Source of the DNA: Candidatus Omnitrophota bacterium
Lineage (GTDB): Bacteria > Omnitrophota > Gorgyraeia > Gygaellales > Profunditerraquicolaceae
Length of the DNA: 64,000 bases
Assembly: GCA_049275655.1 (NCBI GenBank)
Contig: JBASUY010000030.1
Location: 78,446 to 142,445 of the forward strand
Direction: 5' to 3'
Shown: positions 9,844 to 19,035 of the stretch, piece by piece
Position numbering within the stretch: position 1 is the first letter of the stretch
Layout of the letters: every line of letters starts with the position of its first letter
Position numbers and translations under genes: made by a program
Notes under the pieces: model-generated
What the model was told of the DNA's origin: nothing
Seen by the model: only the letters and a program-made list of their open reading frames with translations
Databases searched by the model: none

Positions 9844-10973
9844 TTATACTCCGCGTTGATTTTAATATACTTTGGGGTAAGATCAGAGGTATATACAGTT
9901 ATGTTAGACTCTCCTTTGCCTAAAGAAACACTTACCGTAATATATTTCTTCTTTAGCGAGCTTACCTTAATCTTTAATCTATCTTCTGCTACATCTATAC
10001 CGCTTGCGCCAACAGCAGAGACTATCCTGCCAAAATTAGGGTTCTCTCCGTAAAGTGCTGTTTTAAAAAGGTTAGAGTTGGCTATTGAAAGCGCAGTCCT
10101 TTTAGCCTGTGAGTAACTTTTAGCTTTGGATACCTTAATCTCTATAAACTTAGTTGCGCCCTCTGCATCCTTTACTATCATCTTAGCTAAGTTAAGGCAA
10201 AGAGTATTTAATGCTTCTTGGAATATACGAAGATTTCCAGGACTTGCACTTAATTTTCCAGAAGCTCCGTTTGCTAAGATTAAAACAGTATCATTAGTAC
10301 TCATACACCCATCAATAGTTATGGAATTAAAAGAACCCTCTACCGCGCCTTGCAAAGACTTTTTTAATAAAGATTGCGGCAGCAAAGCATCTGTCAGGAT
10401 AAAGACAAGGAGTGTTGCCATATTCGGAGCAATCATCCCTGCACCTTTAGCTATCCCGCAGATAGTAAAAACTTTTTCTTCTATCTTAAACCTTACAGTT
10501 GTCTTCTTAGAAAACGTATCAGTGGTCATTATTGCCCTAGAAGCATCGCTTATCCCCTTTTCTGAAAGGCTCTTTACAAGCAAAGGCAACGCAGACTTAA
10601 TTTTTCCTACAGGCAAAGCCTTGCCGATAATGCCTGTAGATGAGACTAAGATATCATCTTTCTTTAAACCTAAAGACCTTGCTGTGCTGACGGCAATAGA
10701 TTGAGCATCAAGAAACCCTTTTTTGCCGGTAAAAGAATTTGCATTCCCGCTATTTATTAGTATTCCTCTAAAATATTTTCTTTTACGCAAGAGGTTCTTA
10801 GAGAATACAACCGGCGCAGCAGGAATCTTATTAACCGTAAATAAACCTGCGGCCTTAGCAGGAATAGTAGAATAAAGAAGCGCTAAATCTAATTTTTTAG
10901 CTTTTTTTATCCCGCAATATATCCCGGATGCCTTAAAACCAAGCGGCAAAACTACTTCTTTACATACTTTCAT
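9840..10973 (-). CDS. argJ: bifunctional glutamate N-acetyltransferase/amino-acid acetyltransferase
   Basis: Autoproteolysis-site motif NMATLLVFILTDA (ATML-type Thr), 377 aa. Confidence 0.88.
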   Translation of the reverse strand: MKVCKEVVLPLGFKASGIYCGIKKAKKLDLALLYSTIPAKAAGLFTVNKIPAAPVVFSKNLLRKRKYFRGILINSGNANSFTGKKGFLDAQSIAVSTARSLGLKKDDILVSSTGIIGKALPVGKIKSALPLLVKSLSEKGISDASRAIMTTDTFSKKTTVRFKIEEKVFTICGIAKGAGMIAPNMATLLVFILTDALLPQSLLKKSLQGAVEGSFNSITIDGCMSTNDTVLILANGASGKLSASPGNLRIFQEALNTLCLNLAKMIVKDAEGATKFIEIKVSKAKSYSQAKRTALSIANSNLFKTALYGENPNFGRIVSAVGASGIDVAEDRLKIKVSSLKKKYITVSVSLGKGESNITVYTSDLTPKYIKINAEYN

Positions 10974-12001
10974 AATAACCCTTCTATCTCAGAAAATCCA
11001 AACATTATATTCATATTCTGCACTGCTTGGCCTGAAGCGCCTTTAACTAAATTATCTATCGCGCTTACTATAATAAAGCTATTCCTCTCTTGCCTTATAC
11101 CGATATCGCAAAAATTAGTATTTACTACATCTTTAAGAGAAGGATACTCCCCTTCTTTTTTAATCCTAATAAACGGCTCATCCTTATAAAAACTCTTAAA
11201 AAGATTAACTACATTGATTCCTTTAAATCTTTTTCTTGCGCTCTTATTTTTCTGTACATAAATAGTCTCTAATATCCCTCTTTCTACGGGTAGCAGATGA
11301 GGGACAAAGACAACTTTAACTTTTTTCTTTGCAATCTTAGTTAACTCTTGTTCTATTTCAGGGGTATGCTGATGAGTTCCTACCTTATAAGCCTTAAAAT
11401 CTTCTCTAAAATTAGAAGCTAAGAAAAACTCCTCTGCTTTTTTTCTTCCTGCTCCGCTTACCCCAGATTTAGCGTCAATAACTATCGTAGATAAATCAAT
11501 TAAATTGGCTTTAATTAAAGGGGCTAAAGAGAGTATCGCCGGAGTAGGATAACAACCGGGGTTAGCTATTAAAGAAGCGCTTTTAATTTGACTCTTATTT
11601 AACTCCGGGATACCATATACTACTCTTTTAGTCTCTATAGAATTTTTGCGATTAACCCCATAAAACTTAGAATATACCTTTAAATCCTTAAAGCGAAAAT
11701 CTGCGCTTAAGTCAACAACCTTCAGGCCTGCCTTAAAAAGCTTTGAGGCAATATCTATTGAGGCTGTATGCGGCAAGGCTAAAAAAACAAGCTCACATTT
11801 TTCTTTGATTTCTTTAATATCAGGCTTGCTGCAAGTTAAATTTAATTTAGATGCAAAGACGGGGAGTACTTCTTTTGCCTTCTTATTATAAGAGCTAGTG
11901 GAAAAAAGCCCGGATATCTTTACCTTAGGATGTTTTAAAAGAATGCGGATTAACTCTTGGCCCGTATAACCAGTTATACCAACTATGCCTACTTTAAGCA
12001 T
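10970..12001 (-). CDS. argC: N-acetyl-gamma-glutamyl-phosphate reductase
   Basis: N-terminal GITGYTGQEL Rossmann motif and catalytic Cys region NPGCYPT, 343 aa. AAGGAG SD upstream. Confidence 0.9.
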   Translation of the reverse strand: MLKVGIVGITGYTGQELIRILLKHPKVKISGLFSTSSYNKKAKEVLPVFASKLNLTCSKPDIKEIKEKCELVFLALPHTASIDIASKLFKAGLKVVDLSADFRFKDLKVYSKFYGVNRKNSIETKRVVYGIPELNKSQIKSASLIANPGCYPTPAILSLAPLIKANLIDLSTIVIDAKSGVSGAGRKKAEEFFLASNFREDFKAYKVGTHQHTPEIEQELTKIAKKKVKVVFVPHLLPVERGILETIYVQKNKSARKRFKGINVVNLFKSFYKDEPFIRIKKEGEYPSLKDVVNTNFCDIGIRQERNSFIIVSAIDNLVKGASGQAVQNMNIMFGFSEIEGLL

Positions 12002-12027
12002 TAATCTTTTCTCCTTATAATGGATTA

Positions 12028-12056
12028 ATATTAGAACAAAATAACCGTATAGTCAA
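12028..12056 (-). promoter_or_regulatory. sigma70-like promoter of the arg-lys-dap operon (TTGACT-17-TAATAT)
   Basis: In minus-strand sense, TTGACT (12051-12056) and TAATAT (12028-12033) with a 17-nt spacer, about 20 nt upstream of the argC SD/ATG. Confidence 0.5.
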
Positions 12057-12070
12057 GTTATTTTATCGTC

Positions 12071-12110
12071 GGAAAGAAAAATCCCGCTTTAGGCTTCAAG
12101 CGGGATTTTA
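12071..12110 (-). terminator. Rho-independent terminator downstream of rpsI
   Basis: GC stem AAAATCCCGCTT/AAGCGGGATTTT followed by TTTTTCTTT in the minus-strand sense. Confidence 0.75.
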
Positions 12111-12146
12111 AATACCTTATTCTATCTTAACTATACTTACATCTGG

Positions 12147-12542
12147 CTACCTCTTAGTCCACTGGAAGCGTTTACGCGCACCCTTTTGGCCGTATTTCTT
12201 ACGTTCCTTAGCCCGGGGGTCGCGGGTTAAATAACCCTGCTTACGCAATAAATCCTTAAAAGCAGGATCTATTAAAACCAAAGCACGCGATATACCAAGA
12301 CGCAAAGCCCCTGCCTGCCCGGTTAAACCTCCGCCTCTGATATTTGCAATGATATCATATTTGTTTATATTATTGGTGGCTTCCAATGGTTGCTTTACTA
12401 TAATCCTATCGGTCTCCCTTAAGAAATACTTCTCATAAGGGCGCTTATTTACTTTGAATAAGCCTTTCCCCGGTATAAGCTGAACTCTTGCCACTGATTC
12501 CTTACGCCTGCCTACTGCTGCATATCTTACTGTTTCACTCAT
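12147..12542 (-). CDS. rpsI: 30S ribosomal protein S9
   Basis: C-terminal GGGLTGQAGA...KKYGQKGARKRFQWTKR is a diagnostic S9 signature. Confidence 0.93.
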   Translation of the reverse strand: MSETVRYAAVGRRKESVARVQLIPGKGLFKVNKRPYEKYFLRETDRIIVKQPLEATNNINKYDIIANIRGGGLTGQAGALRLGISRALVLIDPAFKDLLRKQGYLTRDPRAKERKKYGQKGARKRFQWTKR

Positions 12543-12550
12543 TACTTTAA

Positions 12551-12982
12551 TTAAACCTCCAAAATTTGCGGATTCTGCGCTTTATGATTATGCTTTTCAT
12601 CAGCATATACCTTTAATTTTTTTAGCATATCCGTACCTAACTTACCCTTAGGAAGCATGCGCCTTATTGCAAGCTTAACCACAGTCTCAGGCTTCTTCTT
12701 AAACATCACCTCAAAAGGAACCTCTTTTAACCCACTCGGATACCCAGAATAACGGCGGTAAACTTTCTGCTTTGCCTTTCTTCCGGTTACCCTTAATTTA
12801 GCGGCGTTGATAATAACAACCGCATCTCCGGTATCTACATGGGGAGTGTATATAGGCTTATGCTTGCCGCGTAAAATTACCGCTACCTTAGAAGCAAAAC
12901 GGCCTAATACCTTACCCTTTACATCTACTAAATACCAATTCCTTTTAATATCTTTCTTTTTTGCCGAATAAGTCTTAGTCAT
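12551..12982 (-). CDS. rplM: 50S ribosomal protein L13
   Basis: N-terminal KKDIKRNWYLVDVKGKVLGRFAS is typical of L13. rplM-rpsI pairing is conserved. Confidence 0.93.
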   Translation of the reverse strand: MTKTYSAKKKDIKRNWYLVDVKGKVLGRFASKVAVILRGKHKPIYTPHVDTGDAVVIINAAKLRVTGRKAKQKVYRRYSGYPSGLKEVPFEVMFKKKPETVVKLAIRRMLPKGKLGTDMLKKLKVYADEKHNHKAQNPQILEV

Positions 12983-12991
12983 AGAATTGAA

Positions 12992-13019
12992 ATTATAGCA
13001 TATTTATTAGTTAAGTCAA
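12992..13019 (-). promoter_or_regulatory. sigma70-like promoter for rplM-rpsI (TTGACT-16-TATAAT), near-leaderless
   Basis: -35 TTGACT at 13014-13019 and -10 TATAAT at 12992-12997 (minus-strand sense). The -10 sits only 9 nt from the rplM ATG, with no SD. Confidence 0.5.
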
Positions 13020-13035
13020 ATATTTTTTGTTTTTT

Positions 13036-13827
13036 TTATTTATATTTAACCTTAATTAAGCAGAGCCCATAGGCAGGGGCGGTTTGGCCTGCTTTCTTTC
13101 TATCTCTTGCAAGGAGTATATCTTTTAAACCTCCTTTAGGGACCTTTCCCCTTCCGACTAAAATAAGAGTGCCCACAATATTTCTTACCATATTATAAAG
13201 AAAGCCATCTCCTTCTATATCAATAATTATGAGGTCTTTTTTATGCAGAATAGAGAGTTTCTTTATGGTTTTAACAGGGTTTCTATCCCTGCCTAAAGAG
13301 CCGCAAAAAGCACTAAAATCATGCCTACCTAATAAAATTTTAGACTCCCTACGCATAGCTTCAATATCCAAGGGAAAAGGATAGAAAAAAACCCTCCCCT
13401 GCATCAAAGGAGAAGAATGTTTACGGTTTAATATTGTATAGCGGTAGAGCTTTGACTTACAAGAGTAGCGGCTATGAAAAGTATTAGGTACCTCTTTTGC
13501 ATTGGATACTTTTATATCTTCCGGCAAGAGGCTATTTAAGCCTAGCTTTAATTTGTCTAAAGAGATTTTAGAAGAGGTATAAAAATTAGCTACTTGGGCT
13601 AAGGCGTGAACCCCTGCGTCAGTCCTACCGGATACAACAACTCTTATTCTTTCAGATAATAACTTACGCAGGGACTTTTCAGCTACCTCTTGGATACTTT
13701 TTTTACGCTTTTTTTTAAGGCTATTACTTAAAGCTGGGCGGGTATTTTGAACCTGCCAACCGCAATACCTAGCGCCGTTATACTCTAGGGTTAATCTTAT
13801 ATTCCTTAATTCTTTTTTATCAAGCAT
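13036..13827 (-). CDS. truA: tRNA pseudouridine(38-40) synthase
   Basis: Catalytic motif GRTDAGVHA, 263 aa. Confidence 0.88.
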   Translation of the reverse strand: MLDKKELRNIRLTLEYNGARYCGWQVQNTRPALSNSLKKKRKKSIQEVAEKSLRKLLSERIRVVVSGRTDAGVHALAQVANFYTSSKISLDKLKLGLNSLLPEDIKVSNAKEVPNTFHSRYSCKSKLYRYTILNRKHSSPLMQGRVFFYPFPLDIEAMRRESKILLGRHDFSAFCGSLGRDRNPVKTIKKLSILHKKDLIIIDIEGDGFLYNMVRNIVGTLILVGRGKVPKGGLKDILLARDRKKAGQTAPAYGLCLIKVKYK

Positions 13828-14831
13828 TCTGCAATCTGCAAGGCATTAGTAGCGGCACCCTTACGCAGATTATCCGACACTACCCAGAGCCATAACCCGT
13901 TTTTAACGTAAAAATCAGAGCGGATACGTCCGATAAATACCTCATCCTTACCCTCACAATCATAAGGCATAGGATAAGTGTTATTCTTAGGTTCATCCTG
14001 TAAAATTATACCCGGGGCATTAGATAAAACTTCCCTTGCCTTTTCAACGCTTATATGTTTTGTAGTCTCAATATATATTGACTCTGAGTGCCCGGTTCGC
14101 ACAGGTACCCTTACTGTGGTAGCAGATATCTTTATCTTAGGCGCATGCATAATCTTATGCGTCTCTTTAACTAACTTCCATTCTTCACTAGTATAATCTC
14201 CCTCGGCAAAACCGCCTATATGAGGAAAGACATTATAAGCTAACTGTTGAGGCATGGCTTTAGTAGAAGCGCTTATATGAAGATTATCAAAACCTCCCTG
14301 CATAACCAAAGAAGATTCTTCTTTAAGTTGCTCTACTGCTTGACGGCCTGCACCGCTTGAGGCTTGCAGGGTAGTAATTATCGCCCTCTTAACACCTACT
14401 TTTTTATGTAAAGGATTTAAGGCTACTACTAACTGAGTAGTGGAACAATTAGGGTTTGCGATTATGCCTTTATGTTTTTTTATATCTTGAGGGTTTACCT
14501 CAGGGACAACAAGAGGAACTTTAGGGTCCATGCGGAAATCCGCGCCATTATCTATAACTACTGCACCTCTTTTTACTGCCTCTTTAGCATAAGTTACAGA
14601 AGCACCTTTTTCTCCTTCTGTCCCGGCAAATAAAGCTATATCAATACCATTAAAACCATCAGGATTAATAGCCTCTACTGCATATTTATCCCCATCAACC
14701 TCAATACCCCGCGCTGAGCGGGCAAATACGCGTAAATCTCCAATCGGGAAGTTACGTTGCTTTAAAAGGCGTAACATCTCAAGGCCAACTACGCCTACGC
14801 CTACAACTGCTACATTATATTTTTTCATCAA
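13806..14831 (-). CDS. asd: aspartate-semialdehyde dehydrogenase
   Basis: N-terminal VAVVGVGVVG and catalytic NPNCSTTQ motif, 341 aa. Confidence 0.9.
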   Translation of the reverse strand: MMKKYNVAVVGVGVVGLEMLRLLKQRNFPIGDLRVFARSARGIEVDGDKYAVEAINPDGFNGIDIALFAGTEGEKGASVTYAKEAVKRGAVVIDNGADFRMDPKVPLVVPEVNPQDIKKHKGIIANPNCSTTQLVVALNPLHKKVGVKRAIITTLQASSGAGRQAVEQLKEESSLVMQGGFDNLHISASTKAMPQQLAYNVFPHIGGFAEGDYTSEEWKLVKETHKIMHAPKIKISATTVRVPVRTGHSESIYIETTKHISVEKAREVLSNAPGIILQDEPKNNTYPMPYDCEGKDEVFIGRIRSDFYVKNGLWLWVVSDNLRKGAATNALQIAECLIKKN

Positions 14832-14843
14832 ATAACCTCTTAA

Positions 14844-15893
14844 TTATAAATTATCTACTACTAAATCCCCTACCTCAGTAGTAGAATAACCCATTTTGCC
14901 AGCACTTAGAGATTTTAATTTACTACCAACCACCTTTATAACCGCGTTTTCTATTGCTTGGGCAGCCTTATCCTCGCCTAAGTTTTCAAGCATCATACCT
15001 GCGGCGCAAATTGCAGCTAAAGGGTTAATAACATTTTTACCCGTATATTTAGGAGCGCTTCCTCCGATAGGCTCAAATAAAGATACACCCGAAGGATTAA
15101 TGTTCCCTCCGGCTGCAATACCCATTCCACCCTGTATCATCGCCCCTAAATCCGTAATAATATCGCCAAACATATTATCAGTTACAATAACATCAAACCA
15201 TTCAGGGTTTTTAACAAGCCACATACTAATAGCATCAACATGGGCATAGTCAACTGTAATATCCGGGTATTCTTTGGCTACCTCATAAAAAGCCCTCTCC
15301 CAAAGATCCCAGGCAAAGGTTAAGACATTAGTCTTGCCACAAAGGGTTAACTTCTTTTTTTTGTTTCTCTTGCGGGCTAATTCAAAAGCATACCGGATAC
15401 AGCGCTCAGCGCCTTTTCTGGTATTATAAGAGACCTGTATAGCTACTTCGTCTTTAGTTCCTTTATCCTTGAATTCGCCTAAACCCTTATAAAGCCCTTC
15501 GGAGTTTTCCCTGACAACTACAAGGTCTATATCTTCGGGCTTTTTATCCTTTAATGGACAAAATAAATCGTTGTAGAGTTTAACCGGGCGTAAATTTATA
15601 TATTGATCTAAGGCAAACCTTAATTTAAGCAATACCCCGGTTTCAATAATCCCAGGCTTAACATCAGGGTCGCCTACTGCCCCAAGGTATATCGCACTAA
15701 ACTTCTTTAACCTTTCGATATCGCTATCATCAACTAATTTTCCTGTCTTTAAATACCTCTTGCCGCTAAAATCAAAATCCTCTGTTTCATATTTAAAGCC
15801 ATATTTTTCGCTTGCGGCTTTAATAACTTTTAAGCCCTCAAGGGCTACTTCTGGTCCGGTTCCATCCCCGGGTATAACTGCTATTTTATACAC
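14844..15893 (-). CDS. leuB: 3-isopropylmalate dehydrogenase (isocitrate/isopropylmalate DH family)
   Basis: IAVIPGDGTGPEV N-terminus and NMFGDIITDLGA motif. Adjacent to leuD and leuC. Confidence 0.72.
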   Translation of the reverse strand: MYKIAVIPGDGTGPEVALEGLKVIKAASEKYGFKYETEDFDFSGKRYLKTGKLVDDSDIERLKKFSAIYLGAVGDPDVKPGIIETGVLLKLRFALDQYINLRPVKLYNDLFCPLKDKKPEDIDLVVVRENSEGLYKGLGEFKDKGTKDEVAIQVSYNTRKGAERCIRYAFELARKRNKKKKLTLCGKTNVLTFAWDLWERAFYEVAKEYPDITVDYAHVDAISMWLVKNPEWFDVIVTDNMFGDIITDLGAMIQGGMGIAAGGNINPSGVSLFEPIGGSAPKYTGKNVINPLAAICAAGMMLENLGEDKAAQAIENAVIKVVGSKLKSLSAGKMGYSTTEVGDLVVDNL

Positions 15894-16389
15894 CTTTATC
15901 CCCCTTCCTCTTTTCTCTAATCCAATTCATCAACCCACCCTCCTTGACTAACTCCTGTAAAAAGTCCGGGAATTTTTGGGTATGATAAACTTTATTCTGG
16001 GTAATATTCTTTATCTCTCCGCTTGTTAAATCTATCTCAAGAATATCTCCTTCATTTATTTTATCCGTATCCTGTAACTCTAAAAACGGCAAGCCGATAT
16101 TAATAGCATTTCTAAAAAATATAGCGGCAAAACTCTTAGCTAAAACTGCAGATACTCCGCAACCCTTAATTGCCATAGGCGCATGTTCGCGCGAAGAGCC
16201 GCAACCAAAATTATCTCCGGAAACAATTATATCCCCAAAACTAACCTTTTTTACAAAATCTGGGGCAATCGCCTCCATACAATGCCTACCTAACTCCTTA
16301 GGGTCAGTAGAAACAAGGTATTTAGCGGAGATTATATCATCGGTGTTAATATCGTTTCCGAACTTATGCGCTTTGCCTTTGATAATCAT
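15886..16389 (-). CDS. leuD: 3-isopropylmalate dehydratase small subunit (short archaeal-type)
   Basis: 167-aa LeuD/aconitase swivel domain (GDNFGCGSSREHAP). Confidence 0.8.
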   Translation of the reverse strand: MIIKGKAHKFGNDINTDDIISAKYLVSTDPKELGRHCMEAIAPDFVKKVSFGDIIVSGDNFGCGSSREHAPMAIKGCGVSAVLAKSFAAIFFRNAINIGLPFLELQDTDKINEGDILEIDLTSGEIKNITQNKVYHTQKFPDFLQELVKEGGLMNWIREKRKGDKGV

Positions 16390-16403
16390 AACACACCTTT
16401 AAT

Positions 16404-16449
16404 GGGGGACAGCGACTTTTAATACCCTATTAAAAAGTCGCTGTCCCCA
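16404..16449 (-). promoter_or_regulatory. Perfect 16-bp intercistronic stem-loop overlapping the leuC stop codon
   Basis: GGGGACAGCGACTTTT (16405-16420) pairs with AAAAGTCGCTGTCCCC (16433-16448). The leuC stop lies in the loop. Confidence 0.6.
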
Positions 16450-17710
16450 AACTTAGAGAGTTAGGATGAGTAATCCTTCCGGTAATAGCAGAAGCAGCAG
16501 CTACTGCCGGGCTTGATAGATAAACAAAACTCTTAGGCGAACCCATCCTGCCGATAAAATTTCTATTTGTAGTGGCAATACAAGTTTCACCCTCTGTAAG
16601 TATCCCCATATGCCCGCCTAAACAAGGCCCGCAAGTAGGAGTAGAGAATATCCCCCCTGCCTTAACAAAAATTTGCGCTAAGCCTTCTCTAACTGCTTCT
16701 AAATATATCTTCTGTGTCCCGGGGAATATAATTAACTTTACCCTTGAAGAGGCCTTCTTTCCTTTAAGTATCTTAGCAGCAACTCTTAAATCCGATATCC
16801 TACCATTAGTGCAAGAGCCTATAACTACCTGGTCAACTTTTATATCCTTTAAAGAACTTACCGGCTTTACATTGCTTGGCAGGTGCGGGCAAGCTACCTG
16901 AGGCTCTAATCCGGTTATATCCCATTCGTAAATCTTATCATAATGCGCATCTTTATCCGAATAATAAAATACGGGCTTGCGCACTTTAAATTTAGAGATG
17001 TATTTTTTAGTTATACTATCCGGTTCAATTATCCCAGCTCTACCTCCTGCCTCAATAGCCATATTGCTCATAGTAAACCTATCATCCATGCCTAACTTGC
17101 GAATAACCGGCCCGGAGAACTCCATTACCTTATATAAGGCACCATCTACGCCTATCTTTCCGATAGTAAATAGAATAAGGTCTTTGCCTCCTACCCATTT
17201 GTTAAGCTTGCCCTTGTAAACAAACTTAACCGTACCCGGGACCTTAAGCCAAATCTTTCCGTCAACAAAACTTCTGGCTAAATCCGTAGAGCCAACACCC
17301 GTAGAATAACACCCTAAAGCGCCATAAGTACAGGTATGGGAATCTGCACCAATAACCAAATCGCCCGGAAGGACCAACCCTTTTTCAGGTAGAAGGACAT
17401 GCTCAATACCCATCTGCCCGACTTCAAAGTAATTTACAATCCCCTGCTCTTTAGAAAAATCAGCTAATATCTTACACTGATTTGCGCTTCTTAAATCCTT
17501 TGCCGGGGTAAAATGATCCGGAACCAAGGCTATTCTATTCTTATCAAAGACCTCTTTGAAGCCTGACTTTTTAAACTCCTCTATAGCTATAGGAGCAGTA
17601 ATATCATTGCCTAAGGCAAGATCAATATCAGCCTCTATAAACTCTCCAGGAGCAATATCTTTTCTGCCGCAATGGGCACTTAGTATTTTTTCTGCGATTG
17701 TATGGCTCAT
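16430..17710 (-). CDS. leuC: 3-isopropylmalate dehydratase large subunit (short type)
   Basis: Aconitase-family Cys ligands (GSCTNGR, CGPCLG), 426 aa. Confidence 0.85.
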   Translation of the reverse strand: MSHTIAEKILSAHCGRKDIAPGEFIEADIDLALGNDITAPIAIEEFKKSGFKEVFDKNRIALVPDHFTPAKDLRSANQCKILADFSKEQGIVNYFEVGQMGIEHVLLPEKGLVLPGDLVIGADSHTCTYGALGCYSTGVGSTDLARSFVDGKIWLKVPGTVKFVYKGKLNKWVGGKDLILFTIGKIGVDGALYKVMEFSGPVIRKLGMDDRFTMSNMAIEAGGRAGIIEPDSITKKYISKFKVRKPVFYYSDKDAHYDKIYEWDITGLEPQVACPHLPSNVKPVSSLKDIKVDQVVIGSCTNGRISDLRVAAKILKGKKASSRVKLIIFPGTQKIYLEAVREGLAQIFVKAGGIFSTPTCGPCLGGHMGILTEGETCIATTNRNFIGRMGSPKSFVYLSSPAVAAASAITGRITHPNSLSLGTATF

Positions 17711-18951
17711 TTAAACTTCTTTACAACTAAAGTAGCGTTGTGCCCTCCAAAACCAAGGGAATTAGAAACGCATACTTCTACCTTGGTTTTACGGGCAGTA
17801 TTGGGGACGTAATCAAGGTCACATTCGGGATCAGGATGGTCATAATTTATTGTCGGTGGCACAACCTGGTCTCTAATAGCAAGGCAACAAGCCAAAAACT
17901 CAACACCTCCGGCAGCGCCTAAAAGGTGGCCGGTAACAGATTTAGTTGAGGAGACCATTACCTCTTTGGCATAATCGCCAAAGACCCTCTTTATAGAAAG
18001 AGTCTCTATTTTATCATTTAGCTTAGTAGATGTCCCATGCGCATTGATGTAATCCACGTCTTCAGGATTAAGATTAGCATCAGCTAAAGCTAAAGACATC
18101 GCCCTTGCCGCTCCTTCTCCCTCAGGGTCAGGAGCTGTAATATGATACGCATCACAAGTCATACCAAAACCTACTATCTCAGCGATAATCTTAGCGTTTC
18201 TTTTTATCGCATGATCAAGGGATTCTAAGACTACTAGACCGCAACCTTCTGCCATAATAAAACCGTCTCTATCCCGGTCAAAGGGACGGGATGCTTTTTG
18301 CGGTTCATCATTTCTTTTAGATAATGCCCTTAAAGCACAAAAACCCCCGACAGCAGTAGGCACAATACAGCTCTCTGTCCCACCGGTAATCATCACATCT
18401 GCATCACCCCGTTCTATAATCCTAAAGGCATCCCCTATAGAATGCGAACCTGAAGCGCAAGCAGTAGCAATGCAGAAATTAGGGCCCTTAAGCCCAAAAG
18501 TAATACCCACAAAACCACTAGCCTCATTAACGATAAGCATAGGGATAAGAAACGGGGACATGCGCGAAGGGCCTTTATTAAGCATAACCTTATGCTCTTC
18601 TTCTATTGTGTAGAGGCTTCCAATACCAGAGCCAATTAATACCCCAATCCTCTCTTTATCCTCTTTATTCAAGTCAAGGCCAGAAGAAGCTATAGCCTGG
18701 TGACTAGCAGCAACCGCATACTGGACAAATTTAGCTGTGCGCCGCGCCTCTTTATGATCCATCCCAACACTTGACGGATCAAAACCTTTAACCTCAGCGG
18801 CAATACGCGAATCAAAATTCGTAGGGTCAAAACTGGTTAAAGGGCCGACTCCACCTTTGCCCTCTACCAAAGAACTCCAAAAAGACGAAATATCATTCCC
18901 TACAGGAGAAATGACTCCTAAACCTGTAATTACTACTCTATTTTTACCCAT
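17707..18951 (-). CDS. fabF: 3-oxoacyl-ACP synthase II
   Basis: Active-site Cys motif IATACASG, HAHGTST and the C-terminal NSLGFGGHN motif, 414 aa. Confidence 0.9.
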   Translation of the reverse strand: MGKNRVVITGLGVISPVGNDISSFWSSLVEGKGGVGPLTSFDPTNFDSRIAAEVKGFDPSSVGMDHKEARRTAKFVQYAVAASHQAIASSGLDLNKEDKERIGVLIGSGIGSLYTIEEEHKVMLNKGPSRMSPFLIPMLIVNEASGFVGITFGLKGPNFCIATACASGSHSIGDAFRIIERGDADVMITGGTESCIVPTAVGGFCALRALSKRNDEPQKASRPFDRDRDGFIMAEGCGLVVLESLDHAIKRNAKIIAEIVGFGMTCDAYHITAPDPEGEGAARAMSLALADANLNPEDVDYINAHGTSTKLNDKIETLSIKRVFGDYAKEVMVSSTKSVTGHLLGAAGGVEFLACCLAIRDQVVPPTINYDHPDPECDLDYVPNTARKTKVEVCVSNSLGFGGHNATLVVKKFK

Positions 18952-18977
18952 ATTTTAACTTTTAAGCTATTAAAACT

Positions 18978-19007
18978 TACCCCGCCAATTAAAAAAATAG
19001 CGGGGTA
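18978..19007 (-). terminator. Stem-loop (attenuator/partial terminator) between acpP and fabF
   Basis: TACCCCGC ... GCGGGGTA inverted repeat followed by a U-rich tract in the minus-strand sense, 29 nt after the acpP stop. Confidence 0.5.
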
Positions 19008-19035
19008 GGTTTCATATTAATCTATAATCAAGGTA

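Noticed and set aside
10126-10704. 192-aa plus-strand ORF, and similar plus-strand ORFs at 35392-35862, 37328-37837, 45970-46461 and 62619-63131
   Set aside because: All lie antisense within strongly conserved minus-strand genes (argJ, trpF, trpD, polA, infB). They have low-complexity Ser/Pro/Leu-rich translations and no RBS, so they are shadow ORFs.
14844-15893. Calling this ORF isocitrate or homoisocitrate/tartrate dehydrogenase instead of LeuB
   Set aside because: The family is ambiguous by sequence alone. Tight linkage and overlap with leuD-leuC favour LeuB, which is kept with reduced confidence.
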